From: Macrostomum lignano
Lineage: Eukaryota
Direction: 5' to 3'
Assembly: GCA_002269645.1 (NCBI GenBank)
Contig: NIVC01001976.1
Span: forward strand, 124,001-188,000
Length of the DNA: 64,000 bases
The notes under the pieces are model-generated. The model was not told where the DNA came from. It ran no database searches and worked only from the letters and a program-made list of their open reading frames with translations. Numbering within the stretch: the stretch's first letter is position 1; every line of letters begins with the position of its first letter. This document shows positions 1 to 13,115 of the stretch, in pieces. Both the position numbers and the translations under genes were made by a program.

Positions 1-2444
1 TGTCTGTCTGTCTGTCTGGACAACAGCTGTATTTTTTAATAACCCCTAGTAAACCCTCTGAATTTGTTTATCAGTAAAATTTTATCAGAAATTTGTAATA
101 CTGGTATATTTTTATGTAACTGTATCGCAATGAAGGGCTTTTAAAGCATCGAAAATCTTAACACTGTTAGACCTGTTAAATATTGATTGCAGCGAATTTC
201 CATGCACAATGGATTTAATTGAGTGTAAGACGGCACACCCTTTGGAATTTGTTAATTCTAAGCAGTGCATGGCGTTTGCATTCATTGGGAATCGTGCTTG
301 AAAATTTATATGCAAAAATTATGCAATTTTTTTGAAGTCGAAAACGCAATTTATCGCCCGCCACAGAACCAGAAAGCGAAATAAAATCCAAGCGTATTTT
401 TTGTTTTATCGTCGTCAGCTTTGTTTAATACGATCCATCCGGGCCTGTGTAAAGAATTGTGAGCAGTTTTGTGGTGAGCAACATATTTTTTGGTTAAAAA
501 ATGATATCTGTTCGGTCGGATCTCATGAATTAGTAACGAAATGAGAAGTCTGAGGCTCTACAGCTACAGGTTTACCGGACTGAATCACTTGGGAATTCGG
601 CTGTGAGTCAGTATTCGCGGCTAAAATATTCATGCAGTTTGCTTGAATGTCGAGTTCATGGATGTCTGTCACACTCTCAAAGATCGCGTGAACTTGAGGC
701 TAGGGGCTGGTTTTTGATGCAGACGTATGTAGATAACGTTATGTTTTCGAGAAACTTTTTTCATACAATTTAACGGATTGTAACGATTGTTTGAATACTC
801 ACTCTGGGGGTCTTTTGTCCCTTTTCCTTGTCCTTTGAAGTTGACCGCACTCTGTGTTTGGGGGTTTGACCTTACATTGCCGTATACATGTAGATCTTCC
901 CAAATGAATGTGCATGGCTACGCATGGAACCGCAAGGTCGGGCTATCGAGGACTGTTTCTTGGAAAAAAATAATATAGAGGCAGGTATTATCGAAAAATA
1001 CATTGGAAGTTTCCATCTTTTCAGAACAAAAATTATTATTGCTTTTGATAGGAGGCCTTTCATATATAATTCTATACGAGTATTGATATCATGAGGCTTA
1101 GGCCTAGGTATCCATCAAAGCATCAAAGGTTGGTTGTTGCTTTTGTTAAATTAAATTTGTCAAGCATTGCAGAGACATGCAGTTCTTGCGATCCCGAATA
1201 AAGTCAGACATAATTTGGTAAGACCCATTTTTTGACGTGACGCGATGGAGTTCCCTGTTGCCTGTTAGGAATACATTTAGTAAGCTACTAACATAAAGGT
1301 ATGCGTAAAATATTGGCCCGCTGCGTGTTTCGAGAGTAGCTAAGTGCAGGCCTTTCTAACTCGGTTAAAAATAATTGAGGCGACGACTTTTTTAAGCTTT
1401 ACCTGACTGTAAAGTAAGGGCAGTTTTATACTTTTATATGGTCACTAGGGAGTCGCTAATTGATGGATGGATTTAATCCAGCATTAATTATGCTTGAGTC
1501 AGTTATAAATTTGATGCCTATGACCTGATAGATCACTCCTATTCCGTATAAGTTGCAGAATTCTCTTGCTTTATAAACCTTGAGTCGCCATCTTTCACTG
1601 AGATTGTATGATGGACATGCAGTGTTTTGTAAAGTTATCGTGTAAATTTGTCGGGGGTTTTTGTCGTGTGATTCACACCCATGAAGGGCCAACCCACAAG
1701 CCAACCCACACCCTGTGTGTACAGTATTGGCGTGCTTGCATGTGCTCAGTCAGGAGTCGGCGTAATAGACAGAATTGCCGTCTGCGCTGGTTGCAGCATG
1801 ACGTCACTGAAGGCGCTGCGTCAGGGTGCCCCCAGACGGCCCTCCTTCAGTCATTATTATACATGTCAGGTTCTGCTTAAGATGTTTTTATCTACCTTTG
1901 CAAACTGGAAGAACAACCAAGGCTTTCTGCTTCTGATAGGGGGTTTGCTTCCAGTCCATGCATGCTCCATCCACAGCCCATGCAGGTCATAAAAATAGCC
2001 ACCGACTCTCATTTCGCAGCTCGCATGTTAATTCAGCTTCACAGATTTCTGCAAAGGGAACCGCAAGCTGTTTTATGACTGGACGCATCCGTTGGGAAAT
2101 TAAGCAGCCCTGCATGGAGAGCCGCCAAGAGTCGAGTAGCATATAAACAGATTCTGTAAAATAAAGTATTCGGTCTGGTCTCAATATAAATTACAGCTTG
2201 CATGACTCGGGAGAAGATTTTAATTAAACAACCCCCCGTGCAGCTTGAGTGATTGATGGCGCGAAAGTCGAAATTCGACTCGAAAAAATAGTGGAAAAGT
2301 GGCGTCTTTTTGTATATTTTTGTATGAGTAGCTATAGTTTTATTTGGAGCTCAGACAAGACGCATCGAAAAAATTGCATATGTATTTTCAGGTTTCGTGT
2401 ATATAGTTTTCTGACTTGCTGGCGCGAGTGGATGAATATTCGAT

Positions 2445-3034
2445 GGATGCTGAAGGTGCTGTGGATGCTGAAGGTGCTGTGGATGCTGAAGGTGCGGTGG
2501 ATGATGAAGATGCGGTGATTGCTGAAGGTGCTGTGGATTCTGAAGGTGCTGTGGATGATGAAGGTGCGGTGGATGATGAAGGTGCAGTGGATGCTGAAGG
2601 TGCTGTGGATGCTGAAGGTGCAGTGGATGCTGAAGGTGCAGTGGATGCTGAAGTTGCGGTGGATGCTGATGGTGCTGTGGATGCTGATGGTGCTGTGGAT
2701 GCTGAAGGTGCGGTGGATGATGAAGATGCGGTGATTGCTGAAGGTGCTGTGGATGCTGAAGGTGCTGTGGATGCTGAAGGTGCGGTGGATGATGAAGATG
2801 CGGTGATTGCTGAAGGTGCTGTGGATTCTGAAGGTGCTGTGGATGATGAAGGTGCGGTGGATGATGAAGGTGCAGTGGATGCTGAAGGTGCTGTGGATGC
2901 TGAAGGTGCAGTGGATGCTGAAGGTGCAGTGGATGCTGAAGTTGCGGTGGATGCTGATGGTGCTGTGGATGCTGATGGTGCTGTGGATGCTGAAGGTGTT
3001 GTGGATGCTGAAGGTGCTGTGAGTGCTGAAGGTG
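2445..3034. repeat. 18-bp minisatellite (GATGCTGAAGGTGCTGTG) with a 288-bp higher-order duplication
   Basis: About 32 monomers read directly; variant monomers recur at +288 bp (ORFs 2519 and 2807 are twins). Confidence 0.95.
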
Positions 3035-3097
3035 AAAATCTGCAATACAATTGAAAATTCCAAAAGATTTTCGGTCCAATTTCAAAGAGCTCTGTAG

Positions 3098-3877
3098 TCA
3101 GTTCGGACTGTCTCCAACCACAGCCTCATTCACGGTGAGATCGTTGGTGAAGACGCCAACCATGTTGCCATGACAACAGCAACAACTTTGGGCGGGACAG
3201 CATCTCACGCAGCGACTCAACATTCGTCTCACTTCTCTCCTCAGCTCGGCCATGAAGACAAACTGAACCAAAGGGTCTGTGAGGCAGCCCAGCAGGAAAG
3301 TGTGATGCAGAGCGAACGGCATGGTGAGTCCAGTCTCAGCCAGAAGGTAGTGCACCGTGAAGGGCGCAATGATCACCAGGCGACAGGCAGCCAGGACGGT
3401 CAGCATGGCACACAGGCGGAGCATGCAGTTGTTCTGCGTCTGTTGCTGCTGGCTTCTGTGCTGCAGAAGTCGCACAAAAGTCGCAGCGTAAGCGACTGAG
3501 GATCCGACAAACAGGGACGCGGCGATGAGCATGTGCAGCCAGCGGATGGCTTCGCCGAGGCGCATTCGAATGTCGCAGCTGCTGGTCAGCGATTCCGCAA
3601 TGGGAACGGCGCAGCCAGCGGCCATGAAGGGCGCAGCCATGGCCAGGAACAGCCCGCTGGCTGTGCGACGGTTCCAGCGAGTGGACAGCGGCTGGAAGAC
3701 GGCCAGGGCGCGGTCCACAGCCAGGCAGAAGCTGGCCGCCATCTCCGTGCCGATCAGGGCGTCCCGGGGTGCCAGGAAGGCCGACGCCGGCCAGTAGAAA
3801 CGCTCGAAGCGGAACAGAGGATTGGCCTCGACGTTGCCAAAGCCCAGGGTGGCCGCGAACCAGCAGTAGATGCACAT
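3098..3877 (-). CDS. Class A (rhodopsin-like) GPCR, exon 2 (TM3-TM7, helix 8)
   Basis: LAVDRALAVFQPL (DRY-like), hydrophobic helices, and DPLVQFVFMAELRREVRRML (NPxxY/helix 8-like). Acceptor cccgtgcag|ATG TGC is phase 0; TGA at 3098-3100. Confidence 0.85.
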   Translation of the reverse strand: MCIYCWFAATLGFGNVEANPLFRFERFYWPASAFLAPRDALIGTEMAASFCLAVDRALAVFQPLSTRWNRRTASGLFLAMAAPFMAAGCAVPIAESLTSSCDIRMRLGEAIRWLHMLIAASLFVGSSVAYAATFVRLLQHRSQQQQTQNNCMLRLCAMLTVLAACRLVIIAPFTVHYLLAETGLTMPFALHHTFLLGCLTDPLVQFVFMAELRREVRRMLSRCVRCCPAQSCCCCHGNMVGVFTNDLTVNEAVVGDSPN

Positions 3878-3957
3878 CTGCACGGGCGAGGGGTGTGCAG
3901 TTGAATGGGATTGTAGAGCAGGGGTTTGAGCATAGGACTCACGGCTGAAATGTCACA

Positions 3958-4140
3958 CCACACACCAAGCCTTAACTCTGCATTGCTTCAGTTCACCCAG
4001 CTGTAAAATGGGTGCCAGCATTAGCTGGGGTAATTTAGGGTGTGTGTGGCGACCCCCCCCCCAGTCCTTGGACTGAAACAGCGTTCAGATGCGCCGCGCA
4101 ATAGCTGCGGCTGAGCTGTTGGTTATAAAAAAGAAGAGTT
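3958..4140 (+). mobile_element. CORE/MIR-type SINE remnant
   Basis: cttaactctgcattgcttcagttcacccagctgtaaaatggg resembles the conserved CORE-SINE central box (…CTCAGTTTCCTCATCTGTAAAATGGG). Boundaries approximate. Confidence 0.45.
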
Positions 4141-5401
4141 AAAGGCAAGAGGATAACCTTAGTCGAAGGGGTGGACAAAATGTCAGTCAGGTGGAAGCCT
4201 ACGACTTAATGAAAAAAGCTGGTAAAGTTCAACATCTAGCTATAGATAAAATATTAATAAATATTTTGTCCTTATTGATACCAGGTACCTGCAACAAATA
4301 AATCATCAATAACATTCGCAAAAAAGCTGCGGGGCACCTGGCGCAGCGCCTTCGGTGACATCGGTGCCACAACCAATTCTGTCAATTCTGCTGACTCCTC
4401 AGCATGCAAGCTATGGCAATGCTGTACGCGGGCACACACTCTTACACACGCTCACACAGGGTGTACAATCACCAAGCAAGTACACCCTGTGCCTTTTGGG
4501 TTGAGCCTCATGGCTAGCTGGGTGAATCTTACGTGTACCCCCTAGGCAAATTTAAATGCACAAAAGCCCCAAATGAATGTGTCATCTTATCCTAGCGTTT
4601 TGAGTGCTAGGAGTATCGGATTGGGCATCTCATCGCTGTCTTTAAATCTATCTATCATTTTTACTGTAAGTAGTGTCTCCTGCGACGGATTTTCTTCTCT
4701 GTCTTTTCAGCCTTTTAGCGACAGCAGCACGTGACGCAGCATTGCAAAAGAAGCAACTGCCAATCAACATTTCATCGATTGAACTGGCAACCTCATGGCT
4801 GGTCTATTGTTCTCAAAGTCTATAGAGAATAGTCCAATAGAAAACGGTCCAATATACCAGTTTAAAAGTACAGTCGGGTGTTCGAGTTGTACTTTTAACT
4901 CTTAATCTTCCTGTCGACCAAATGAAGTCTGATTTTTTTGCTATCAACGCAGCACTTTTGACGGCAAACCTCTTTAGTAAAGACAAATTTCCAGAAATAC
5001 ATTTCCTTCATCGATCCATATCGTGTCTCCCGTAGATGAGCAAACCAGCAAACTGTCATGCTGCCATGGGAGACATTGTATGCGTACTCAGTGCCATGGC
5101 TGCTTCTTGAATGCTGAACTGTGTGAATATTTATTCAAGCTGGTGATATTCCAATTTCAAGTGGTTAACGGCAGTTCTCAGGTGCTGTTTGAGCTTGTCA
5201 AACACAGCAGGAGCTGCACTGCTGCTCCAACTGTTTATGGAAGACGAAACAGAAATCCTAGAGAAGATACGAGTTTTGGGAGAATAGGGTGCAGATGCGG
5301 AACTGAAATAGAACTATTTTGTCTGCAACTAGGGCGATGCTAACTTGAAAGTTTTAACTGGCATGGACTCTTCACAGTCAGAGCTGAAATAGGGACACGG
5401 A

Positions 5402-6130
5402 TAGACAGACACTAAGACAGGAACTATGACAGACACTGAGACAAACACTAAGACAGACTCTAGGAAGGACACTAAGACAGACACTGAGACAGACACTGAG
5501 ACAGACACTGAGACAGACACTGAGAAGGACACTGAGACAGACACTGAGACAGACACTGAGACAGACACTGAGACAGACACTGAGAAGGACACTGAGACAG
5601 ACACTGAGACAGACACTGAGACAGACACTGAGACAGACACTGAGAAGGACACTGAGACAGACACTGAGACAGACACTGAGACAGACACTAAGACAGAAAC
5701 TGAGACAGACACTGAGACAGACACTAAGACAGAAACTGAGACAGATACTGAGATAGACACCGAGACAGACACTGAGACAGAAACTGAGATAGACACCGAG
5801 ACAGACACTGAGACAGACACTGAGACAGAAACTAAGACAGACTCTAGGAAGGACACTAAGACAGACACTGAGACAGACACTGAGACAAACACTAAGACAG
5901 ACTCTAGGAAGGACACTAAGACAGACACTGAGACAGAAACTATGACAGACACTAGGACAAACACTAAGACAGACTCTAGGACAGACACTAAGACAGACAC
6001 TGAGAAGGACACTGAGACAGACACTGAGAAGGACACTAAGATAGACACTGAGACCGACACTAGACAGACACTAAGACAGACACTAAGACAGACACTAAGA
6101 CAGACACTAAGACAGACACTGAGACAGACA
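5402..6130. repeat. 6/12-bp GAGACA/GACACT microsatellite-like array in the GPCR intron
   Basis: Direct reading; it produces the spurious TETD and SV ORFs. Confidence 0.95.
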
Positions 6131-6146
6131 GCCCGTCGCCACTCAC

Positions 6147-6425
6147 CTGAGCAATCAGCAGGCTGCTCAAGCTGCAGTTCAGCACCGCCACAATACTGAG
6201 CAGTCTGCGGAAGCTGGACCTCTTGGTGATGCCGCCTTTGCAAGCAGCCTCCAAGATGAACGAGTTGAGCACGCAGCTCAGCGCACCGGCGGCCCCGTAG
6301 GCAGTCAAGAAAGGCACATTGAGATGCGTCAGCAGAGCGTAGGTCTTCGTCTGCGGGCAGTCAGCTGAGCTCGCTTCAGTTGAAGCTGCTGTCATTTTGC
6401 CAATGCAATGAGAAATGTCTGCCAT
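6147..6425 (-). CDS. Class A GPCR, exon 1 (N-terminus, TM1-TM2); joined CDS about 352 aa
   Basis: TM1 FLTAYGAAGALSCVLNSFIL and TM2 SFRRLLSIVAVLNCSLSSLLIAQ. Donor CAG|gtgagt falls after 93 codons (phase 0), matching the exon 2 acceptor. Confidence 0.75.
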
Positions 6426-6870
6426 AAATCAAGACATGCGATCTGTCAATCCGGCTGCCAGATGGACATTTTTATCAAATCGAGCAGTTAATTGCAGTAT
6501 CGTTGGCATTGGCTGCTGCGGGTCTGGGGGTGTGGCATCCAGCTCCCCTTAGCAACCAGAACTTCTATTGAACCGGAAGTGCGGCTGTGCATGCATCGGC
6601 CATTGTCCCGGACAGGAGGAGTGAGCAGCTGCTCCGAACTGGGGCGGACTGGATTGACCAGCTGAAAAAGAAGCTGATTTTGGGAGCTCTGCGAAGTTTA
6701 CTCTGACAACTAATGGTAAAAAAATGGCTGCAGGATGCCAGACTGCATGTGAAAAGTGCACGATTTGATCTGAGTCCACCTTGCTCCAGTTTTGAGTTCT
6801 CAAAAGTGTCTCCCATTTTCTGCAGCAATCATTTACATCCAAGTTCCTGGAAAGTTCCAGACACCAATTG

Positions 6871-8292
6871 CACAGACATGTCACTGATTACACAGACATG
6901 TCACTGATTACACAGACATGTCACTGATTACACAGACATGTCACTGATTACACAGACATGTCACTGATTACACAGACATGTCACTGATTACACAGACATG
7001 TCACTAATTACACAGACATGTCACTAATTACACAGACATGTCACTAATTACACAGACATGTCACTGATTACACAGACATGTCACTAATTACACAGACATG
7101 TCACTAATTACACAGACATGTCACTGATTACACAGACATGTCACTAATTACACAGACATGTCACTGATTACACAGACATGTCACTAATTACACAGAAATG
7201 TCACTGTTTACACAGACATGTCACTGATTACACAGAAATGTCACTGATTACACAGACATGTCACTAATTACACAAACATGTCACTGATTACACAAACATG
7301 TCACTGATTACACAAACATGTCACTGATTACACAGACATGTCACTGATTACACAGACATGTCACTGATTACACAGACATGTCACTAATTACACAAACATG
7401 TCACTGATTACACAAACATGTCACTGATTACACAGACATGTCACTGATTACACAGACATGTCACTGATTACACAGACATGTCACTGATTACACAGACATG
7501 TCACTGATTACACAGACATGTCACTGATTACACAGACATGTCACTAATTACACAGACATGTCACTAATTACACAGACATGTCACTAATTACACAGACATG
7601 TCACTGATTACACAGACATGTCACTAATTACACAGACATGTCACTAATTACACAGACATGTCACTGATTACACAGACATGTCACTAATTACACAGACATG
7701 TCACTGATTACACAGACATGTCACTAATTACACAGAAATGTCACTGTTTACACAGACATGTCACTGATTACACAGAAATGTCACTGATTACACAGACATG
7801 TCACTAATTACACAAACATGTCACTGATTACACAAACATGTCACTGATTACACAAACATGTCACTGATTACACAGACATGTCACTGATTACACAGACATG
7901 TCACTGATTACACAGACATGTCACTAATTACACAAACATGTCACTGATTACACAAACATGTCACTGATTACACAGACATGTCACTGATTACACAGACATG
8001 TCACTGATTACACAGACATGTCACTAATTACACAGACATGTCACTGATTACACAGACATGTCACTAATTACACAAACATGTCACTGATTACACAAACATG
8101 TCACTGATTACACAAACATGTCACTGATTACACAAACATGTCACTGATTACACAGACATGTCACTGATTACACAGACATGTCACTGATTACACAGACATG
8201 TCACTAATTACACAGACATGTCACTGATTACACAGACATGTCACTGATTACACAGACATGTCACTAATTACACAGACATGTCACTGATTACA
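6871..8292. repeat. 20-bp satellite CACAGACATGTCACTGATTA, about 71 copies, with a 540-bp higher-order repeat
   Basis: Rare variants (cacagaaatg tcactgttta) recur at 7191 and 7731. Confidence 0.97.
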
Positions 8293-8466
8293 GGTTATAA
8301 TTTCACTCGAACTGACACACAGAACCACAGGCGCAGGACAAAAAATCGAATGCAGTTGGTCTGGAAGGCGGCTGTTAGGGTATCAGGCTCTGATTCGAAC
8401 CCCATAGAAACCGCTCTGCTCACAACATGAGCAGCCCAACCCTCATAAACTTGAGCACAGGTCACC

Positions 8467-8700
8467 AAGAGTGACCAATTGATAAAAATTTCAAGAGTGA
8501 CCAATTGATAATTTCAAGAGTGACCAATTGATAATTTCAAGAGTGACCAATTGATAATTTCAAGAGTGACCAATTGATAAATTCATGAGTGACCAATTGA
8601 TAATTTCAAGAGTGACCAATTGATAATTTCATGAGTGACCAATTGATAATTTCAAGAGTGACCAATTGATAATTTCAAGAGTGACCAATTGATAATTTCA
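8467..8700. repeat. 23-bp minisatellite AAGAGTGACCAATTGATAATTTC, about 10 copies
   Basis: Direct reading. Confidence 0.95.
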
Positions 8701-9410
8701 AGGGCCGGTGCCGTCCGGTACCGATCCTTCGGTCCAGGCCTCGATGTCGCTAAGTGGTCGGCTCTTGAGGGCCTGCCGAGCTGCGGCCTTGGGACCGTCG
8801 GATCGGGAGGCCGCTCTGGCGATGTCTAGGTCGAAGGAGACCTGCTCGCACTGGGCGTCCCAGGGTGCGCTGCCGGAATCCATGCCGCTGGGTGAAAGGC
8901 CGTCCAGGGTCTGGCAAATGTCAATATAGGTAGCTGCGCGGCGCCAGCAGCCGCGGAAAGGGCGTGTGAGATCGCGTTGATCGACGAGGGTCCCCGTTGT
9001 ATTGGGGGCGCTGTCCGTGCGGTGTTCCTCTTGGCAAAGTAGGAACGCCTCATGGCAGCGGCTTTTGAGTCGAGGCTGCAGCACGCGACTGAGGCTGGCG
9101 TGTCGGCTGGGAGGCGGAGGACCCGCTCGCGGAGGCAGGCGGCCCTCTCGGAGACGAGGTGGCTGAACAGCAGCAGGTCGGCAAGCTGCAGGACTGCTCT
9201 GGCATCCGTTGGCAGGATACTGCCTGTAATGGAGCAAGCTGTTCGCGTTTGATGCTGAGCCGCGTGGACGGTGCTGCACAGGCTACTCATCCGTATTCAG
9301 CGATTAGGCGACTCGTGCTGATGTAAGCCGTGTGTAGGGTGCGCATGTCCTCCCCGGTAGAGCGGATTATCGGGGAGTTTCTGATGGCGTTAGCGGGGAT
9401 TCGCTAGGAT
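8701..9410 (-). mobile_element. Decayed non-LTR retrotransposon (I/Ingi-like LINE) fragment: RT thumb to start of RNase H
   Basis: Across frames it reads TLHTAYIST..LIAEYG, ACSITGSILPTDARAVLQLADL, ERVLRLPADTPA and IEAWTEGSV (YTDGS-like). Stops and frameshifts present. Confidence 0.65.
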
Positions 9411-9504
9411 CAGGCAGCAGATCTCTAATCCCATATCCATCCTTTTTTCCAGTCCCCAGCCGCCGCAAAGTCCTGTGGAAACACATTCTCCATCTGCTCA
9501 TCAG

Positions 9505-9768
9505 CTGTCACCCATCAGTGGAGTGGCTGGACGCCGGTTCTGCTTCATCAACAGCGAGTCAGCAGCCCGCACCTGGGCCCAGGTGAAAAACCGGCCATCG
9601 ATGGACTTTGAGAAGATGACTCACTCAATCCGACTGTACTATCCCGGCAAGGAGAACATCGTGTACAAAGGGGTCAGGGACTTGGAGTACGGGTTCAACA
9701 TGGGGAGCACTGAGGTGCGAGCTTTCATGGAGCTGAGCCAATGTGCTGAGCCTCAGGTGCGCAGATGA
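9505..9768 (+). pseudogene. ETS DNA-binding-domain segment (C-terminal two-thirds), orphan exon, probably frameshifted
   Basis: RFCFINSESAARTWAQVKNRPSMDFEKMTHSIRLYY...EYGF matches ETS helix 2-helix 3-wing. The expected VEWLD is in another frame at 9518-9532. AG acceptor at 9503-9504; no 5' exon identified. Confidence 0.65.
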
Positions 9769-9942
9769 GTGGACAGCAGCTGCATTGCATGAAGTCATTT
9801 TTACTGAGCTGTGCAGACTCCTGACTCTTGATGAGCGCATGCGGATGTTACTATAGTTGTACTTTTGATTTGCTCACTGATAAATAGATTTAAATATATT
9901 TTTTGTTATTAACAAATTTTTCATTTGTTATTTGATTTGTCA

Positions 9943-10369
9943 CCCTGGGCTGGGACCTGAGCATTGTGATCTGTGACTCTGGGCTGGGACCTGAGCATTG
10001 TGATCTGTCACTCTGGGCTGGGACCTGAGCACTGTGATCTGTCACTCTGGGCTGGGACCTGAGCACTGTGATCTGTCACTCTGGGCTGGGACCTGAGCAT
10101 TGTGATCTGTCCCTCTGGGCTGGGACTGAGCATTGTGATCTGTCACTCTGGGCTGGGACCTGAGCACTGTGATCTGTCACTCTGGGCTGGGACTGAGCAT
10201 TGTGATCTGTCACTCTGGGCTAGGACTGAGCACTGTGATCTGTCACTCTGGGCTGGGACCTGAGCACTGTGATCTGTCACTCTGGGCTGGGACCTGAGCA
10301 CTGTGATCTGTCACTCTGGGCTGGGACTGAGCATTGTGATCTGTCACTCTGAGCTGGGACCTGAGCACT
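9943..10369. repeat. 33/34-bp minisatellite CTCTGGGCTGGGACCTGAGCATTGTGATCTGTCA, about 12 copies
   Basis: Direct reading. Confidence 0.95.
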
Positions 10370-11251
10370 TGGGCGTTGGGCGACAGCGAGGGGCGCCGGT
10401 CCCGGACGCCACCGGACGCCAGTCTGCTGTCGGGTGCCGTCTTGACGGCCTCAACGTGGAGGCGACAGCAGCGCACCTGAGCCCTTTGTCTCAATTCGCA
10501 CTGGAAGGAGTGGCGGGTCGGCAGTGAGGGTGAGACAGAGAGAGGGGCAGAGAGCCGAGCTGCTTGCCAACCAACTGGCTGAAGCTGTGGCAGTTGAGAT
10601 GGCCGTGCAGCGGCAGAGTGGGAGAGAAAAACTCACCAAGGCGGTTTAACAAGGCACTTTCCTGTACACCCGAGCCGCCTCACCCAACTGATGCGATTTC
10701 AAGCCATTCATTGTTTTGCTTTGAACAGACCAAAACACACTGAGTACAGGTGAGGGACTGAGCAGCATTTTGCACCGCTCAGTAGGCCACTAAATCCAAT
10801 TAAAGATCTCAAACTGCACTGAGGCACAATGGGTCAGCTCAGCCTCATCAAGTACAGCTTGGGGTGGCCGCTGCAAACGCAGCCTCTCCGTTGCCATGCT
10901 GGGTGCACAGAGGCGAAGGCGGCGGACTCAGCGCTCATGCTCGGGAGAGAAGTTTCGGCTACTCAGGCCGGGGTGGTCGGCCTCGCCAGAGGCTGCAAAA
11001 GGAGGGCAGCTGATAGATGAGGCGGTAAAATCTTTCTGGCAACCGGCTGCACAAACCTTTGAAAACCAGAAAAAAATTTCCAATCACGAAGCCGCCCCAT
11101 TTACTATCTTCCGTCTTTTATACCCTCGCTCCCTCTTCCTTCCCGCTACACCCTACTTACTCGATCTTTTACTCAATCCAATTATGGACCAACGGAAAAA
11201 TATTTTTGCTCTTACCTTCTAGTGTGGGCACTAAACAGCGCACCAAGCGAA

Positions 11252-13115
11252 ATGAACGAACAAATCAGTGCTGAGGAGGCTGCCAGCACAGGAAACATCG
11301 AAGCACTCAAACATCATCTGAACCTTCTACGAGGAAGGAACAAAATATATCTTTTTTGCAAACCCGCTTTAACACTTGCTGCGAGCGAGGGTCACTTAGA
11401 AGTCGTGAAGTTTCTCGTGCCAAAAGTCGCTAACAAAGCAAAAAGAGATAAGTGCTGCATCAAGGCAGCCAAATCTGCTGCAAGCAATGGTCAGTTAGAA
11501 GTCGTCAAGTTTCTCGTGCAGACAGCCACTAACAAAAAAAAAGAGATCAGTGCTGCATCGAGGCTGCTGAATCTGCTGCAAGCAATGGTCAGTGGGAAAT
11601 CGTCAAGTTTCTGGAGGCGACAGTCGCTGACCAAATAAAAAGAGATCAGTGCTGCATCAAGGCAGCCAAATCTGCTGCAAGCAATGGTCACTTAGAAGTC
11701 GTCAAGTTTCTTGTGCAGACAGCCGCTGACCAAATAAAAAGAGATCAGTGCTGCATCAAGGCTGCTAAATCTGCTGCAAGCAATGGTCACTTAGAAGCCG
11801 TCAAGTTTCTTGTGCTGACAGTCGCTGACGAAAAAAAAGAGATCAGTGCTGCATCGAGGCTGCTAAATCTGCTGCAAGAAATGGTCACTTAGAGACGGTC
11901 AAGTTTATCGTGCTGACAGTCACTGACAAAAAAAGTAATTATTACTGGATCAAGGCTGCTGAATCTGCTGCAAGAAATGGTCATTTAGAGACGGTGAAGT
12001 TTCTTGTGCTGACAGTCACTGACAAAACAAAAAGTAATTATTACTGGATCCAGGCTGCTGAATCTGCTGCAAGAAATGGTCATTTAGAGACAGTCAAGTT
12101 TCTCGTGACGACAGTCACTGACCAAACAGAAAGAGATGATTGCTGCATCAAGGCTGCTAAACCTGCTGCAATCAATGGTCGCTTAAAAGTCATCAAGTTT
12201 CTCGTGACGACAGTCACTGACCAAACAAAAAGATGATTGCTGCATCAAGGCTGCTAAACCTGCTGCAATCAATGGTCGCTTAAAAGTCGTCAAGTTTCTC
12301 GTGACGACAGTCGCTGACCAAAAAAAAAGAGATGATTGCTGCATCAAGGCTGCTAAACCTGCTGCAATCAATGGTCGCTTAAAAGTCGTCAAGTTTCTCG
12401 TGCCGATAGTCGCTGACCTGACAAAAAGAGATCAGTGCTGCATCGAGGCTGCCAAAACTGCTGCAAGCGAGGGTCAGTGGGAAGTCGTCAAATTATTCAT
12501 CTTGTGTCTCTCAAGTCCGGATCAGAGAGCGAATCTCCGTTTCCAATGCGCAGTCGCGGCTTGCTCTCGTCTTCACGAAGATGTCGTTGCCTCCCTCGGC
12601 CTCGATCCTGACTGGCTCTTCCAATCCAGCTCCATCCTCAGCTTCACTGCAGCAATGGCCATTGAAGGCAAGAACTCTGTTCTCACCGACACCCTCTCTC
12701 GAATGCAACCAGCTCACATCACACAGCTGCTCCGTCTCTCCATCTCTCAAAGACACATTGCTCTTGCTGTCACAATTGCTGTCACACTGATCAATGATGA
12801 GCGAGTCAGCACACAGCATGTCGATCTGCCAGACAGCACTGGAGCCACTGCTCTCATGCTGGCAGCTGATGCAGGTCATCACGAGCTCATTGAGAAACTC
12901 ATCGATCTCGGTGCGTCAGTGCGTGCTGAAGACAGTCAGGGTCGGACTGCTCTGTCACGAGCGTGCGAAGCCGGTCACGTGCGATCAGCCAAGGCTCTGA
13001 TGGACAGAGGAGCGGATGCGAGTCATCGAGACGGTCGGGGTCTGACGTGTGCGCAGGTGGCAGAGCGATTTGAGCAGCGGCAGGTGCAGCGACTGCTGGA
13101 TTTCAGTGAAGCGCG
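11252..13115 (+). pseudogene. ANK-cGLR copy 1, exon 1: 12 ankyrin-like 33-aa repeats, spacer and about 3 canonical ANK repeats; frameshifted as assembled
   Basis: 99-bp periodicity broken by -1 (A run 11534-11542), -1 (A run 11831-11838) and -2 (about 12232). Ends CG|gtgagt, a phase-2 donor. Confidence 0.85.

Noticed and set aside
2332-3085. Long ORFs in nearly all frames (DAEGAV, STAPSA and HLQHP repeats)
   Set aside because: A stop-free 18-bp minisatellite opens several frames at once; there is no unique flanking coding sequence.
5329-6243. TETD and SVSV ORFs
   Set aside because: Microsatellite inside the GPCR intron.
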